Part shown: positions 37,692 to 45,850 of the stretch, one piece after another | Numbering within the stretch: the stretch's first letter is position 1 | Layout: each line of letters begins with the position of its first letter | Source of the DNA: Acidobacteriota bacterium | Lineage (GTDB): Bacteria > Acidobacteriota > Polarisedimenticolia > J045 | Assembly: GCA_027021395.1 (NCBI GenBank) | Contig: JALUUK010000112.1 | Span: 1 to 63,575 of the forward strand | Direction: 5' to 3' | Length of the DNA stretch: 63,575 bases | Notes under the pieces: generated by a model | Seen by the model: only the letters and a program-made list of their open reading frames with translations | What the model was told of the DNA's origin: nothing | Databases searched by the model: none | Made by a program: the position numbers and the translations under genes

Positions 37692-38401
37692 TCAAGGCCC
37701 TCCAAGACATAGATTTCGGTGCTGGCACCCTCGATACCGTACAGTTCGGTGCTCGCACCGGCAAGCGAATAGATTTCCTGGCTCTGCCCGACGAGCGAAT
37801 GGTAGACGACGACCTGGAACGTGGAGATGTCCGGTGCCGGGATCGCAGCGGTCACAACCGTGACGTTGGGCACAACGGCGACGACGGCGGTAGCGGAAGG
37901 GAACGACGCTGTAGCGCTGACCGCGGTTACTGGCACGATCAGCCCGCCGCCGATGAGGATGACCGGCTGGACGAGGCTTGCTGTCGCTGCAAGCGTCGCT
38001 GGCAGGACGATGACCTGCGACACCGCACCTGGGATGGATGCCGTCGCATCGACCGTACTTGGCTGCATCGCAAGCGTGAGCCCCGGCGCCTGGATGGACG
38101 CCACGGCAGCTACTACGCTCGGCGCCGGCGTCACGGCGGCGATGGCACCTGGAATCGAAGCGGCGCCAGACAGCACAGAAGCGCCGAACGTGACGGTCGC
38201 CGTCGGGGACGGGATGCCAGCGGCAGCGGCGATGGTCGCAGGTGCGGCGATGACAGATTCGACGGGTGCAGGTTGCGAGGCAACCGCCGTCAACACGCTC
38301 GGCAGAGACACGACAGCAGCGGCCGGCGCAGGGATGGACGCCGCAGCGACCAGATTGCCGCTCGTGTCAATCGTCGTCGTGCTGTCCAGTACGATCGCCA
38401 T
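37688..38401 (-). CDS. fibre-like protein with about 20-aa Ala/Ser/Pro/Val tandem repeats
   Basis: 237 aa with about 9 units of the type A(A/T)ASIPxPxAxVxxxPSVxx. Confidence 0.5.
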   Translation of the reverse strand: MAIVLDSTTTIDTSGNLVAAASIPAPAAAVVSLPSVLTAVASQPAPVESVIAAPATIAAAAGIPSPTATVTFGASVLSGAASIPGAIAAVTPAPSVVAAVASIQAPGLTLAMQPSTVDATASIPGAVSQVIVLPATLAATASLVQPVILIGGGLIVPVTAVSATASFPSATAVVAVVPNVTVVTAAIPAPDISTFQVVVYHSLVGQSQEIYSLAGASTELYGIEGASTEIYVLEGLE

Positions 38402-38404
38402 CGG

Positions 38405-38821
38405 CTACGAGATGTTGATGATTTCGCCACTTGACCATTGGATTGTAAACGTGTTCCCCGTCACGGTCTGCGCGCCTCCGAAGTCGATCGAGATCATCAG
38501 GGCGTCGCTCAGGTGCGTATCGTCGTACAGCACCGTGTGATACGCCGTGAACGTAGCGCTTGTCCAGGACACGTCATTCGCGCCGAACACGCCTTTGTTG
38601 TTCACGTCGTCGATCGTGACCGACTGCCCGGTGAGTGCCTGCCCGCCGGCGGTATAACCGGTTCCAGTGATCTCGTTGGCAGAGACATCCGCCCACACGT
38701 CGTTTGTGGCATCGAATGCGTGCGTGTTGTTCATGAGGGCGCACTTGATCGTATCTGACGCAAGGTTGTACTCGGCGTCGAGGATGTGCGCCTTGAAGTA
38801 GTTGTACATTCCAGAAGCCAT
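38405..38821 (-). CDS. hypothetical tail-module protein
   Basis: 138 aa, beta-rich. Confidence 0.5.
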   Translation of the reverse strand: MASGMYNYFKAHILDAEYNLASDTIKCALMNNTHAFDATNDVWADVSANEITGTGYTAGGQALTGQSVTIDDVNNKGVFGANDVSWTSATFTAYHTVLYDDTHLSDALMISIDFGGAQTVTGNTFTIQWSSGEIINIS

Positions 38822-38822
38822 G

Positions 38823-39017
38823 TCAGCTCTCCTTATCGTTGGGGGCAGTCTTGGCGTTGACGCGCAGGGTCGGGACCTTGATCGTCACGCCGCGTCTGCC
38901 GTCGGGGTATTCCGTGGTTGTGATCGTGAGCTTGATCGGTACGGTGGTGATTTTTCCGCCTCGGTTAACGGTGACCGATCCCATCTGTTGTTTCGTCGTA
39001 ACCTTTGGTTCGTTCAC
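38823..39017 (-). CDS. hypothetical small protein
   Basis: GTG 39017 overlaps the upstream TGA (GTGA). Alternative start ATG 38984. Confidence 0.35.
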   Translation of the reverse strand: MNEPKVTTKQQMGSVTVNRGGKITTVPIKLTITTTEYPDGRRGVTIKVPTLRVNAKTAPNDKES

Positions 39018-39859
39018 AACACGATCTCCAGTGTTCGCTTCTTCTGGACGGGCAGCCCAGGGATGCTTGCAGTTGCAGTCTGTGTGGCTGCGTTGTAAGT
39101 CACGCCCGCCGCTACCGGCCACCATCGCCGGCGGCGGTTGAGAAATTCGTAGCGACCGGATAGGCTGTCCTCGTAAAGCCAGCGGATTTCAGCAGACGCT
39201 AAAGCGCGGTCATACACAATCACATCAGCTAGCCTCCCGGCAAACGGATATTGAGTCCCTGCGCGCGCCCCAAGAATCGTCCCCGCTAGTATATCCCATC
39301 CGGTTCCACCTGTATCTGTCCTCGATATTCCATCAATCCATACCTCGCGCACGCCGTTTGTGCTGTCAAGCACAGCCGCGATATGAGCCCATTCACCATC
39401 CGTCAATATGTTTCCGATGTCAGTGCGCCAATCGGAATTTAATCCAGTGGTTGCGCGAACGACTACCTCGCCATTTCCGCCGGTATGCGTACCGACAGAG
39501 AACCCAACTACGTCTGAGGTAAAGATGATAGAATACGCTTGCCAAGCAATCGGATTGGCCCAAACACTTACGGTAACTGGGTAGGTTGTAGAGATGTGCG
39601 AGTCGTCCACAAGGACATAATCATTCACACCATCAAAATCCAGCGCAATCCCACGATCCGTCTGCACCCAATCCGTCCTTGGGTCCATATTCGTCAGCGT
39701 GCCATGATTCCTTAATAGCGTTAGGTCATACAGCTTCATCCCACCTGAAAGGCTCGGCAGCGGCAGCCAAAACCCAACGAGCCCTCGCGCAAGCTGGTGT
39801 CCATAGTTGATCGGGTTGCCGAGATCAACATCTGCGAGGCTGTCGCTGGTCAGGATCAT
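39014..39859 (-). CDS. LamG / concanavalin A-like lectin domain protein (receptor-binding candidate)
   Basis: 281 aa. LDFDGVNDYVLV..VSVWANP..EWAHIAAV..VWIDGIS..FAGRLADVIVYDRALSASEIRWLY is the classic Laminin_G_3 pattern. Confidence 0.75.
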   Translation of the reverse strand: MILTSDSLADVDLGNPINYGHQLARGLVGFWLPLPSLSGGMKLYDLTLLRNHGTLTNMDPRTDWVQTDRGIALDFDGVNDYVLVDDSHISTTYPVTVSVWANPIAWQAYSIIFTSDVVGFSVGTHTGGNGEVVVRATTGLNSDWRTDIGNILTDGEWAHIAAVLDSTNGVREVWIDGISRTDTGGTGWDILAGTILGARAGTQYPFAGRLADVIVYDRALASAEIRWLYEDSLSGRYEFLNRRRRWWPVAAGVTYNAATQTATASIPGLPVQKKRTLEIVL

Positions 39860-40284
39860 CAGTAGCTCTGCCCGTATCTGAGTGTGTAACGAGTCGTGAC
39901 CGTGATGGAATCCGTGGCGTTGTTGTTCTTGTGCTGGAGCCGGGCGTAGCGGTATTTCGGCGTTCCGCAGGCGGCTGGCTGTGAGCGAGTCAGGTCCGCC
40001 CCTGCCGTTGTGTCGGCGTAGGCAAAGACGGGATCACCTTCGCCGCTGTCAGGCCAGTTCGTGTTGTCGGGCGAGTATTGGATGATCGCCTCGTAATCCT
40101 GCCCGTCGGTCGTGCCAGCGTTGGTCAGCGCGAAGTCCACGATCAGCTCGCCAAGCAGGCTGCTTGTGGCGTCTTGCAGGTCTACGCTCGAGCCGTTGAC
40201 CCAAGATCCGCCGTTGGCGACTGATAACGCATTGTCGAGCGTCGTGAGTGTAGCAGGCGATTTGATGCCATAGTCCGTAGCCAT
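39859..40284 (-). CDS. hypothetical tail-module protein
   Basis: 141 aa, coupled to the neighbouring genes. Confidence 0.5.
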   Translation of the reverse strand: MATDYGIKSPATLTTLDNALSVANGGSWVNGSSVDLQDATSSLLGELIVDFALTNAGTTDGQDYEAIIQYSPDNTNWPDSGEGDPVFAYADTTAGADLTRSQPAACGTPKYRYARLQHKNNNATDSITVTTRYTLRYGQSY

Positions 40285-40751
40285 CAGATGAATCTCCTAA
40301 CATGCTGGACCTGCCAGACCTGGACGACGCCGAGCCCGAGTTCCTGAGCGCGGCTGACCGATTCTGTACCTAGCGAGTACAGATCATCCTTCTCGGTTGA
40401 CGTGATGACGCCGCCGGACACGAGCGCGTCCACCATTTGCTGCCGGTCAGGCAGGTTCAGATCAAGTTGCGTTCCATCCCGCTCAATCAGTCGCAGCGCC
40501 GCCTTGGCGACGCCGCGTACTGCCGGGCTTGCGTGGTTAGCCGCCGCATCCTCGATACGTTCGTATCGTGACGGTGTTGCGGATGCGTCATCTGCGCCGC
40601 CGCCCGCCCAAGCAAGCAGTTCCGCCGACGAGATCGGAACGATGCGAGTGCGATAGACCGTGTTCAGGTCCGCCGCCACTTCCGCATCGCTCATTGAGGC
40701 GTAACCGCGTCCAAGCGGGTCATTTTTCAGTTCGTCCTGCAATGCTTTCAT
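40284..40751 (-). CDS. hypothetical protein
   Basis: 155 aa from ATG 40751 (AAGGAG 7 nt upstream). Confidence 0.5.
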   Translation of the reverse strand: MKALQDELKNDPLGRGYASMSDAEVAADLNTVYRTRIVPISSAELLAWAGGGADDASATPSRYERIEDAAANHASPAVRGVAKAALRLIERDGTQLDLNLPDRQQMVDALVSGGVITSTEKDDLYSLGTESVSRAQELGLGVVQVWQVQHVRRFI

Positions 40752-40978
40752 CGCCCGCTCCTTACAATATCGTTGACAGCCCACCCAGTGAGCCCGAGCA
40801 CTTCGATCACCTCGTTTTTCGTGACGCGCTGTTCCTTGCCGAGCTCGATCGCCCATTCGATCAGCTCGTCAGGTGCGATGCCGCCTGCATGCGCACCGGC
40901 GATGACGGCGTTCGAGACGACCCGATAAACGTCGGCGATGCGTTTTGGTCGCGAAAGCGGAGACACGTCAGACTCCAT
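40748..40978 (-). CDS. hypothetical small protein
   Basis: 76 aa from ATG 40978, overlapping the upstream gene end by 11 nt. Confidence 0.4.
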   Translation of the reverse strand: MESDVSPLSRPKRIADVYRVVSNAVIAGAHAGGIAPDELIEWAIELGKEQRVTKNEVIEVLGLTGWAVNDIVRSGR

Positions 40979-41228
40979 CCTGTGGCGCGGCTCCCTGGCA
41001 CACATGACATCTGGCGATGTCGAGTTCGACCTTGCGCACGCGGTCGAACAGCTCGTTGTGCACGCGGGTGGAATCATCCTTCCGTTTGGCGTTCGCACTC
41101 AGGAGCGTTTCAATCCGCGTCAGCCGATCGCTTGCATTGAGCATCCACCGCCCGCTCGGTATGATGATGGCGGTGATGATGACTTGCATGATCGACAGCA
41201 GCACGAGCAGGATGTTTGTCAGGTCCAT
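40968..41228 (-). CDS. membrane-anchored coiled-coil protein (holin/spanin-like)
   Basis: 86 aa. N-terminal TM segment ILLVLLSIMQVIITAIIIP followed by a helical tail. Confidence 0.4.
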   Translation of the reverse strand: MDLTNILLVLLSIMQVIITAIIIPSGRWMLNASDRLTRIETLLSANAKRKDDSTRVHNELFDRVRKVELDIARCHVCQGAAPQDGV

Positions 41229-41237
41229 AGCAACGTC

Positions 41238-41645
41238 CTATCGCTTCTGGTATGACAACCAACCGAACAACCGGACGGCTGCCCACATGATCCATCGTTT
41301 GATTCGCCCGACACCAAGCTGCTTCATCCCGACGCGGAATACGGCATCTGCCAGCACGCGGGGGCAGTTGGCAGCCTTGCGGTAGAGGTAGTCGTGCAGC
41401 ACGGCGACCGGCGCATACTTGCCTGCCGGCGGGAAGAAGCGGTGCAGGAACCACGGGGTGGATGCGAAGTCTGTATCAAACCCGTTCGGCACGACGATCT
41501 TCATCTTCCAAGGATTTTCGTCGTATAAGTCTTCCCATATGATGCCTACGACGAACGGCTTGTTCAGGACGAAGAACGGTCTGCCGCCGCTTGTGCGTCC
41601 TTTCGCAGGCGAAACCGATATTTCCCCGAACTCGATTTTCATCAC
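41238..41645 (-). CDS. DUF1353 domain protein
   Basis: 135 aa. VPNGFDTDFASTPWF.. and ..VAVLHDYLY..ADAVF are the hallmark DUF1353 motifs. Confidence 0.7.
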   Translation of the reverse strand: MMKIEFGEISVSPAKGRTSGGRPFFVLNKPFVVGIIWEDLYDENPWKMKIVVPNGFDTDFASTPWFLHRFFPPAGKYAPVAVLHDYLYRKAANCPRVLADAVFRVGMKQLGVGRIKRWIMWAAVRLFGWLSYQKR

Positions 41646-42004
41646 CTCGTCCTCAGCCCGCGTCTGAGACCCGGTTCGAACCGATCCCGATCATCGAGTT
41701 CCGGGTCGTTCGGGGTCCAAGTTTCGATGACGGCATTTGCGGTGATCCTGATGACGCCATCTTCGTTGCGCACGAGCACCCACAGCTTCCCAGGCAGCAG
41801 CTTGTCTTGTTCTCGGTAATGCCGCCATGCGACGCACACGTACCGCCGCTTTGAGGGCCACCAGTCCCAGAAGATCCACTGTTCGAACGAGATATGCCCG
41901 TCGTCGGTGTCGTACACATGGTTGAGTTCGATCAGGTCAACGTGGGTTTGCGGTGCTTCTCCTCGCGGTGCTATCGCCAGCAGGATGATTGCGTAGATAG
42001 CCAT
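41642..42004 (-). CDS. hypothetical protein with N-terminal signal/anchor
   Basis: 120 aa. N-terminus is MAIYAIILLAIAP. Confidence 0.45.
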   Translation of the reverse strand: MAIYAIILLAIAPRGEAPQTHVDLIELNHVYDTDDGHISFEQWIFWDWWPSKRRYVCVAWRHYREQDKLLPGKLWVLVRNEDGVIRITANAVIETWTPNDPELDDRDRFEPGLRRGLRTR

Positions 42005-42022
42005 GCGACTCCATCCAGTCTT

Positions 42023-42592
42023 TCAGTCGTTCCGTCTTTCCGTTCCTCCTGATCCACAGGACGCCGAGTATTCGTCCGTACTTATCGCGTTGCCGTTCGG
42101 TGACAGAAATAAGGAGCTGCCCCTCCTTGAGCAGCTCCACCAGGGCAGCCCGCGCATCCTTTCCGCGGCGGATTTCATCGTCCGTGACAACGACGCTCCG
42201 TCGCCGTTCGGATTCCCATAATCCAAGATGTTGGCATGTTTGTCATCTGCGACCTCTACGAACAGGCGGATGCCGGACCGCTCGCATACAGCGGTAGCCC
42301 GGAGCAGGAACCGCAGGTCCGCGCGCCGGTCCCTGGTCAACAGCAGGACCGCCGGCCGTTTGTGCGTGAGAATCGAGTACCACAACGCCTGCCCGACCGC
42401 CTCAGGCCATTTCCTGGCCCAGTCAACCTCAATGGCATACTCATCGTTGAGAAGATCCACCCGGCTGCCATCAAACAGGGTGACCTCGCACTCTGCATTG
42501 TAGCGAGGGGCCAAGCGCATGCATTCTGAGCGCTCGTCAGCATATACTGACGCCGCCAACAGAAATACAATGGCTGTCAATGCGGGCTTCAT
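42023..42592 (-). CDS. secreted protein; 3' third may be out of frame relative to an SNase-like reading frame
   Basis: Signal peptide MKPALTAIVFLLAASVYA. After about residue 117 the sequence looks non-protein-like, while another frame (42242 -> 41937) reads ..DDEIRRGKDARAALVELLKEGQLLISVTERQRDKYGRILGVLWI.., which is thermonuclease-like. Confidence 0.4.
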   Translation of the reverse strand: MKPALTAIVFLLAASVYADERSECMRLAPRYNAECEVTLFDGSRVDLLNDEYAIEVDWARKWPEAVGQALWYSILTHKRPAVLLLTRDRRADLRFLLRATAVCERSGIRLFVEVADDKHANILDYGNPNGDGASLSRTMKSAAERMRGLPWWSCSRRGSSLFLSPNGNAISTDEYSASCGSGGTERRND

Positions 42593-42598
42593 GGTGTG

Positions 42599-43024
42599 TC
42601 ACTGGTCAGCAGGCACAGAGATAGGAGCATCGCCTAGCTGGGCGTCATCGACAAGCCTCAGCTCGTATTTGGTGTCGGTGTCCGTGAGCGCCGGGAGCTT
42701 CGACGCGAAATATGCCGCGCCGCCCCCAGCGCCTGCAAGCCCGGCGGCTATCAGAGCCCACTTGGCGAGAGTTCCTGCCTTGCCGCCAGGCTTCTGGTCG
42801 TTGTAGACGGTGATGTTGTTGTCGCCGACCTGGATCATGTCGTCGTCGATGGGGTCATCTGTGCGCCGCCCGAGTGTACCGTCTTGCGTTTTGCGAACGA
42901 GGCGACGCACAAGAGCATTTTGGCGCATGATGCGCTGGAAATCAGCCACCCTCTCCGCCTGCCGGATCCCGATCGACCGCTTCACTATCTGCGCTGCTTG
43001 TTCTGGCGTCATCCCCAGCTCCAT
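42599..43024 (-). CDS. membrane protein
   Basis: 141 aa. Alternative start ATG 43012 has GGAG 7 nt upstream. TM segment LAKWALIAAGLAGAGGGAAYF. Confidence 0.5.
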   Translation of the reverse strand: MELGMTPEQAAQIVKRSIGIRQAERVADFQRIMRQNALVRRLVRKTQDGTLGRRTDDPIDDDMIQVGDNNITVYNDQKPGGKAGTLAKWALIAAGLAGAGGGAAYFASKLPALTDTDTKYELRLVDDAQLGDAPISVPADQ

Positions 43025-43127
43025 TCTGCTGCGCTATCCACTCCGAGACAGATCCATTGTGGAACGCATCATCCAGCGCAGCGATGTCACGGATGAACCT
43101 GCGCTGGATGTCTGCGATTCCACTCAT
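42942..43127 (-). CDS. possible small ORF (61 aa)
   Basis: ATG 43127 lies 4 nt after the upstream stop. It begins MSGIADIQRRFIRDIAALDDAFHNG.., but its 3' half overlaps the next gene. Confidence 0.25.
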   Translation of the reverse strand: MSGIADIQRRFIRDIAALDDAFHNGSVSEWIAQQNGAGDDARTSSADSEAVDRDPAGGEGG

Positions 43128-43131
43128 TGGA

Positions 43132-43413
43132 TCAGTTCGACTTCGACGATGCAGGTGAAGGACCTGCGGGGGTTTGCTTCGACGCGACCTCGCGGACGCC
43201 GACTGCCTCCTCAAGGCTCACGAGTCGCTTGCCCTCGAGGTAGTCGTAGTCCTGCGCCTTGCCGGTGGTGATGAAGTTGTTCTGCGCGATCACGCCGGAC
43301 TGCGCAAGGGCGCCCATGTTCTGCTCCATGAGCTGATCGTACTTCGAGCTTCCGTCTGGAACCGCCATCTCATCTTCTCCTTTCGGTACAGGGATTTGAA
43401 TGGGATCGTCCAT
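43132..43413 (-). CDS. hypothetical protein
   Basis: 93 aa. Its start is adjacent to the protease stop. Confidence 0.5.
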   Translation of the reverse strand: MDDPIQIPVPKGEDEMAVPDGSSKYDQLMEQNMGALAQSGVIAQNNFITTGKAQDYDYLEGKRLVSLEEAVGVREVASKQTPAGPSPASSKSN

Positions 43414-43414
43414 A

Positions 43415-44572
43415 TCAGTTTACCGGAACGAATTGAAACCGGATAGGTTCGCCCAAGGGCTTACGCTGCTCTTGGGTCACATTCCCATCTTTGTCGAGCA
43501 TCTGCACGTAGACGGGCGGCAGACGCCCCAAAATGGATCTGGTGATCAGATCCATGTCAATCGCTGCATCGCGTCCTGGAGGCCCCTGGGGGCCTTGCCG
43601 CGGCTGAAATCGAGGGTCGGACGCCATCATGTCCAACAGCTTATGGTAGTCGATGATCGGTGTCTTGCCTGGCGGGCCCGGGTCGCCCTTCGGGCCTTGC
43701 TTCGGCTGGAACCGATCATCCTTCGCCATCATGTCAAGCAGCTTGCTGTAGTCAACCGCAGGCTGTTCAGGCGGCTTCTGTCGAGGTGAGATAGGGGGGT
43801 ACGCCCAGTCATCCCGTTGGACAGGAGGGCTCCGCGGGGTTGGACACTGACCGTCAGGACATGGCCTGTCGATGCTGCGCCAACCACCGACGCCAACGCC
43901 GAGCCCCCATCTGCGTTCTACTCGCTGGCAAAATTCAATCACCGCGGATGGCCGCGGGCCGTACGCTTTCCGGAATGCCTTTGCGTTTTCGACGCGACCG
44001 ATTTCTCCTTGGCCGGCAGTCATCACGCCAACAACCTCTCCCTTGGAGTTCAAGACTGGTCCGCCGCTGTCGCCCTGGAGGATCGCGCAGTTGTAGGCAA
44101 CCATTCCAACCAGATTATCCGTCCCGACCTTTCCGTACCAATGCCTGAGCCTGCCCTGCATACCGCCCCACCCGGCGAACTCCAGAATGTCGTCTGGGCC
44201 AGGAGGGATCGATGCCACAGGCAGCGGGCGGAGGTTCTTTTTCTCGGCGATCACGAATCCGATGTCATGCCCGTATTTGTCCTGCGTTGCATTCTCATGC
44301 GTCACCTTGGTTGTCGTTCCGTCCGGCCATGTGATCGTGGTTGGCAAATCGGAAAGGACGTGTTTTGCCGTCAGGACGCCCTTGACTTTTCCGAGCGTGA
44401 CATAGACGCCTGATCCTCCGTCGATCCTGACGACGGCTTTGTGCCAATCGGCGTCAGGCGACCACTTCCAGACGCCAACGGGCACAAGGTCAGATGCACA
44501 CGCGGGGGTGCCTGCAACAAACGCGACTGCGACAACAGCGGCGACAAGGTACTTGCGAATGAATCGGCGCAT
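43415..44572 (-). CDS. secreted trypsin-like (S1) serine protease with C-terminal collagen-like tandem repeat
   Basis: 385 aa from ATG 44572. Signal peptide MRRFIRKYLVAAVVAVAFVAGTPACA. Catalytic triad contexts TAKHV, HDIGFV, QGDSGGPV. A C-terminal about 35-aa unit DYxKLLDMMAxDxRFQPxQGPxGxPG occurs twice. Confidence 0.8.
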   Translation of the reverse strand: MRRFIRKYLVAAVVAVAFVAGTPACASDLVPVGVWKWSPDADWHKAVVRIDGGSGVYVTLGKVKGVLTAKHVLSDLPTTITWPDGTTTKVTHENATQDKYGHDIGFVIAEKKNLRPLPVASIPPGPDDILEFAGWGGMQGRLRHWYGKVGTDNLVGMVAYNCAILQGDSGGPVLNSKGEVVGVMTAGQGEIGRVENAKAFRKAYGPRPSAVIEFCQRVERRWGLGVGVGGWRSIDRPCPDGQCPTPRSPPVQRDDWAYPPISPRQKPPEQPAVDYSKLLDMMAKDDRFQPKQGPKGDPGPPGKTPIIDYHKLLDMMASDPRFQPRQGPQGPPGRDAAIDMDLITRSILGRLPPVYVQMLDKDGNVTQEQRKPLGEPIRFQFVPVN

Positions 44573-44601
44573 GTTTGTGTACTCCTGATGGAATCCCATT
44601 C

Positions 44602-44630
44602 ATGCTACCAAGTGTATTGACTTCTGCCAA
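44602..44630 (-). promoter_or_regulatory. sigma70-like promoter upstream of the protease gene
   Basis: Minus strand reads TTGGCA-17 nt-TAGCAT (+ coordinates 44625-44630 and 44602-44607). Confidence 0.45.
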
Positions 44631-44658
44631 TATGCCGTGCTGTACATGGCTCCCCGAT

Positions 44659-45111
44659 TTACGTAGGCGACAGCTCCTTGATGTAGACGTGCGTCGAGTA
44701 GAAATCGCCGTAGTCCTTGGCGATGTCATGCCGCACGATCTGGGCGTCATCGCGGAAGACGACGCCAGAAAGGGCATCCTCGATCGCACGGCACAGCTTC
44801 AGCCCGTCCGGTTTCTTCGTCGGGTACACAGGGGCGCTCTTCCTCAGCTTGCCGGCATTTCTGCCTGTGCCAAAGTGACCCTTCGGGCGGGGGAGAATGA
44901 ACTGCACCGCCATGAACAGCGGACCGGTGAGCAGCGGACCGTCGTATGCCTGTCTTGCGGCGTCGGCGACGGTGTACCGCCATTCCTTGAGCCTTGGATC
45001 AGCCGACACCATGCGTGTCCCGATCCCACCGTCTTTTCGCTTGAACGTGAAGGCGCGTTTTGATCCTTGTGTGATTTGCTTCCCGTGCACGGTGAACTCG
45101 ATGGATGTCAT
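44659..45111 (-). CDS. rusA: RusA-family Holliday junction resolvase
   Basis: 150 aa. ..LPRPKGHF..PTKKPDGLKLCRAIEDALSGVVFRDDAQIV matches the RusA KPDxDN..DAL..DD signature. Confidence 0.8.
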   Translation of the reverse strand: MTSIEFTVHGKQITQGSKRAFTFKRKDGGIGTRMVSADPRLKEWRYTVADAARQAYDGPLLTGPLFMAVQFILPRPKGHFGTGRNAGKLRKSAPVYPTKKPDGLKLCRAIEDALSGVVFRDDAQIVRHDIAKDYGDFYSTHVYIKELSPT

Positions 45112-45128
45112 GCTGTCACCATTTTCGC

Positions 45129-45353
45129 TCAGTCGTCACCATCATCCACAAATTTGCGCCAGCTTCGTCGCATCGCCATGCGCAACGCCGGCGGCGCAGT
45201 CTCGAACGCCATGTAATCGCCGTGCACGTCCTTCATCTCCTCGGAGGTCGGGATGCGCAGCCTACGACCACAGTACGGGCATTTCCGTGCGCCGTCGCGG
45301 AAACGCAGCAGGCACGAGTCGCAGACCATGGGGATGTTGCCTCGATGTGTCAT
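45129..45353 (-). CDS. small zinc-ribbon protein
   Basis: 74 aa. Contains CDSC..x12..CPYCG. Confidence 0.5.
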   Translation of the reverse strand: MTHRGNIPMVCDSCLLRFRDGARKCPYCGRRLRIPTSEEMKDVHGDYMAFETAPPALRMAMRRSWRKFVDDGDD

Positions 45354-45850
45354 GATTCCACCTCGCGTTTCTCAAGCACGACGCGCCTCGTGCACACGAA
45401 TTCCTCATAATCAAACAAAACGAAGCCAGAGCACGCCACTCGGAACACATCGCCTTTGCGGTGCCTGGTCTCATCCTCCAGCTCAGGTGATGCGCGCAAT
45501 CCTCGATACCCCAGTTTTATCGGTGCGTCGTAGGTGTGGATGTCGCCGGGTTTCGGTGGAATGCATCTTCCGTCGCGGCAGCAGGATTCCTCGCCGAACA
45601 CCCAGTAAGCCAGTACTGGCGTTGAGTGGTCGATGTAGTGCAAGCCGCTGTCGCAGTCGCAATCGTCACTGCAAATGTAATTAAAACCATCACCATCACC
45701 ATCGCCGTGGCCATCGTCGCTGTAGCGATCGCCGTAGCCATCACCGTCGCCGCAGCCGCATCCACCGCCGTCGCCGCAACTGATGACATCAACGCGCCCG
45801 TCACCACGCGACACGCATTCACGCCAGTACTCAAGGTCAATGACATCCAT
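45350..45850 (-). CDS. Gly/Asp/Cys-rich low-complexity protein, paralog 1
   Basis: 166 aa from ATG 45850 (MDVIDLEY). It shares with its neighbour the N-terminal box DLEYxxECVSRGDG and the C-terminal domain LHYIDHSTPVLAYWVFGEES..PKPGDIHxYDAPIK..FRVACSGF..FVCTRRVVLEK. Confidence 0.6.
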   Translation of the reverse strand: MDVIDLEYWRECVSRGDGRVDVISCGDGGGCGCGDGDGYGDRYSDDGHGDGDGDGFNYICSDDCDCDSGLHYIDHSTPVLAYWVFGEESCCRDGRCIPPKPGDIHTYDAPIKLGYRGLRASPELEDETRHRKGDVFRVACSGFVLFDYEEFVCTRRVVLEKREVES

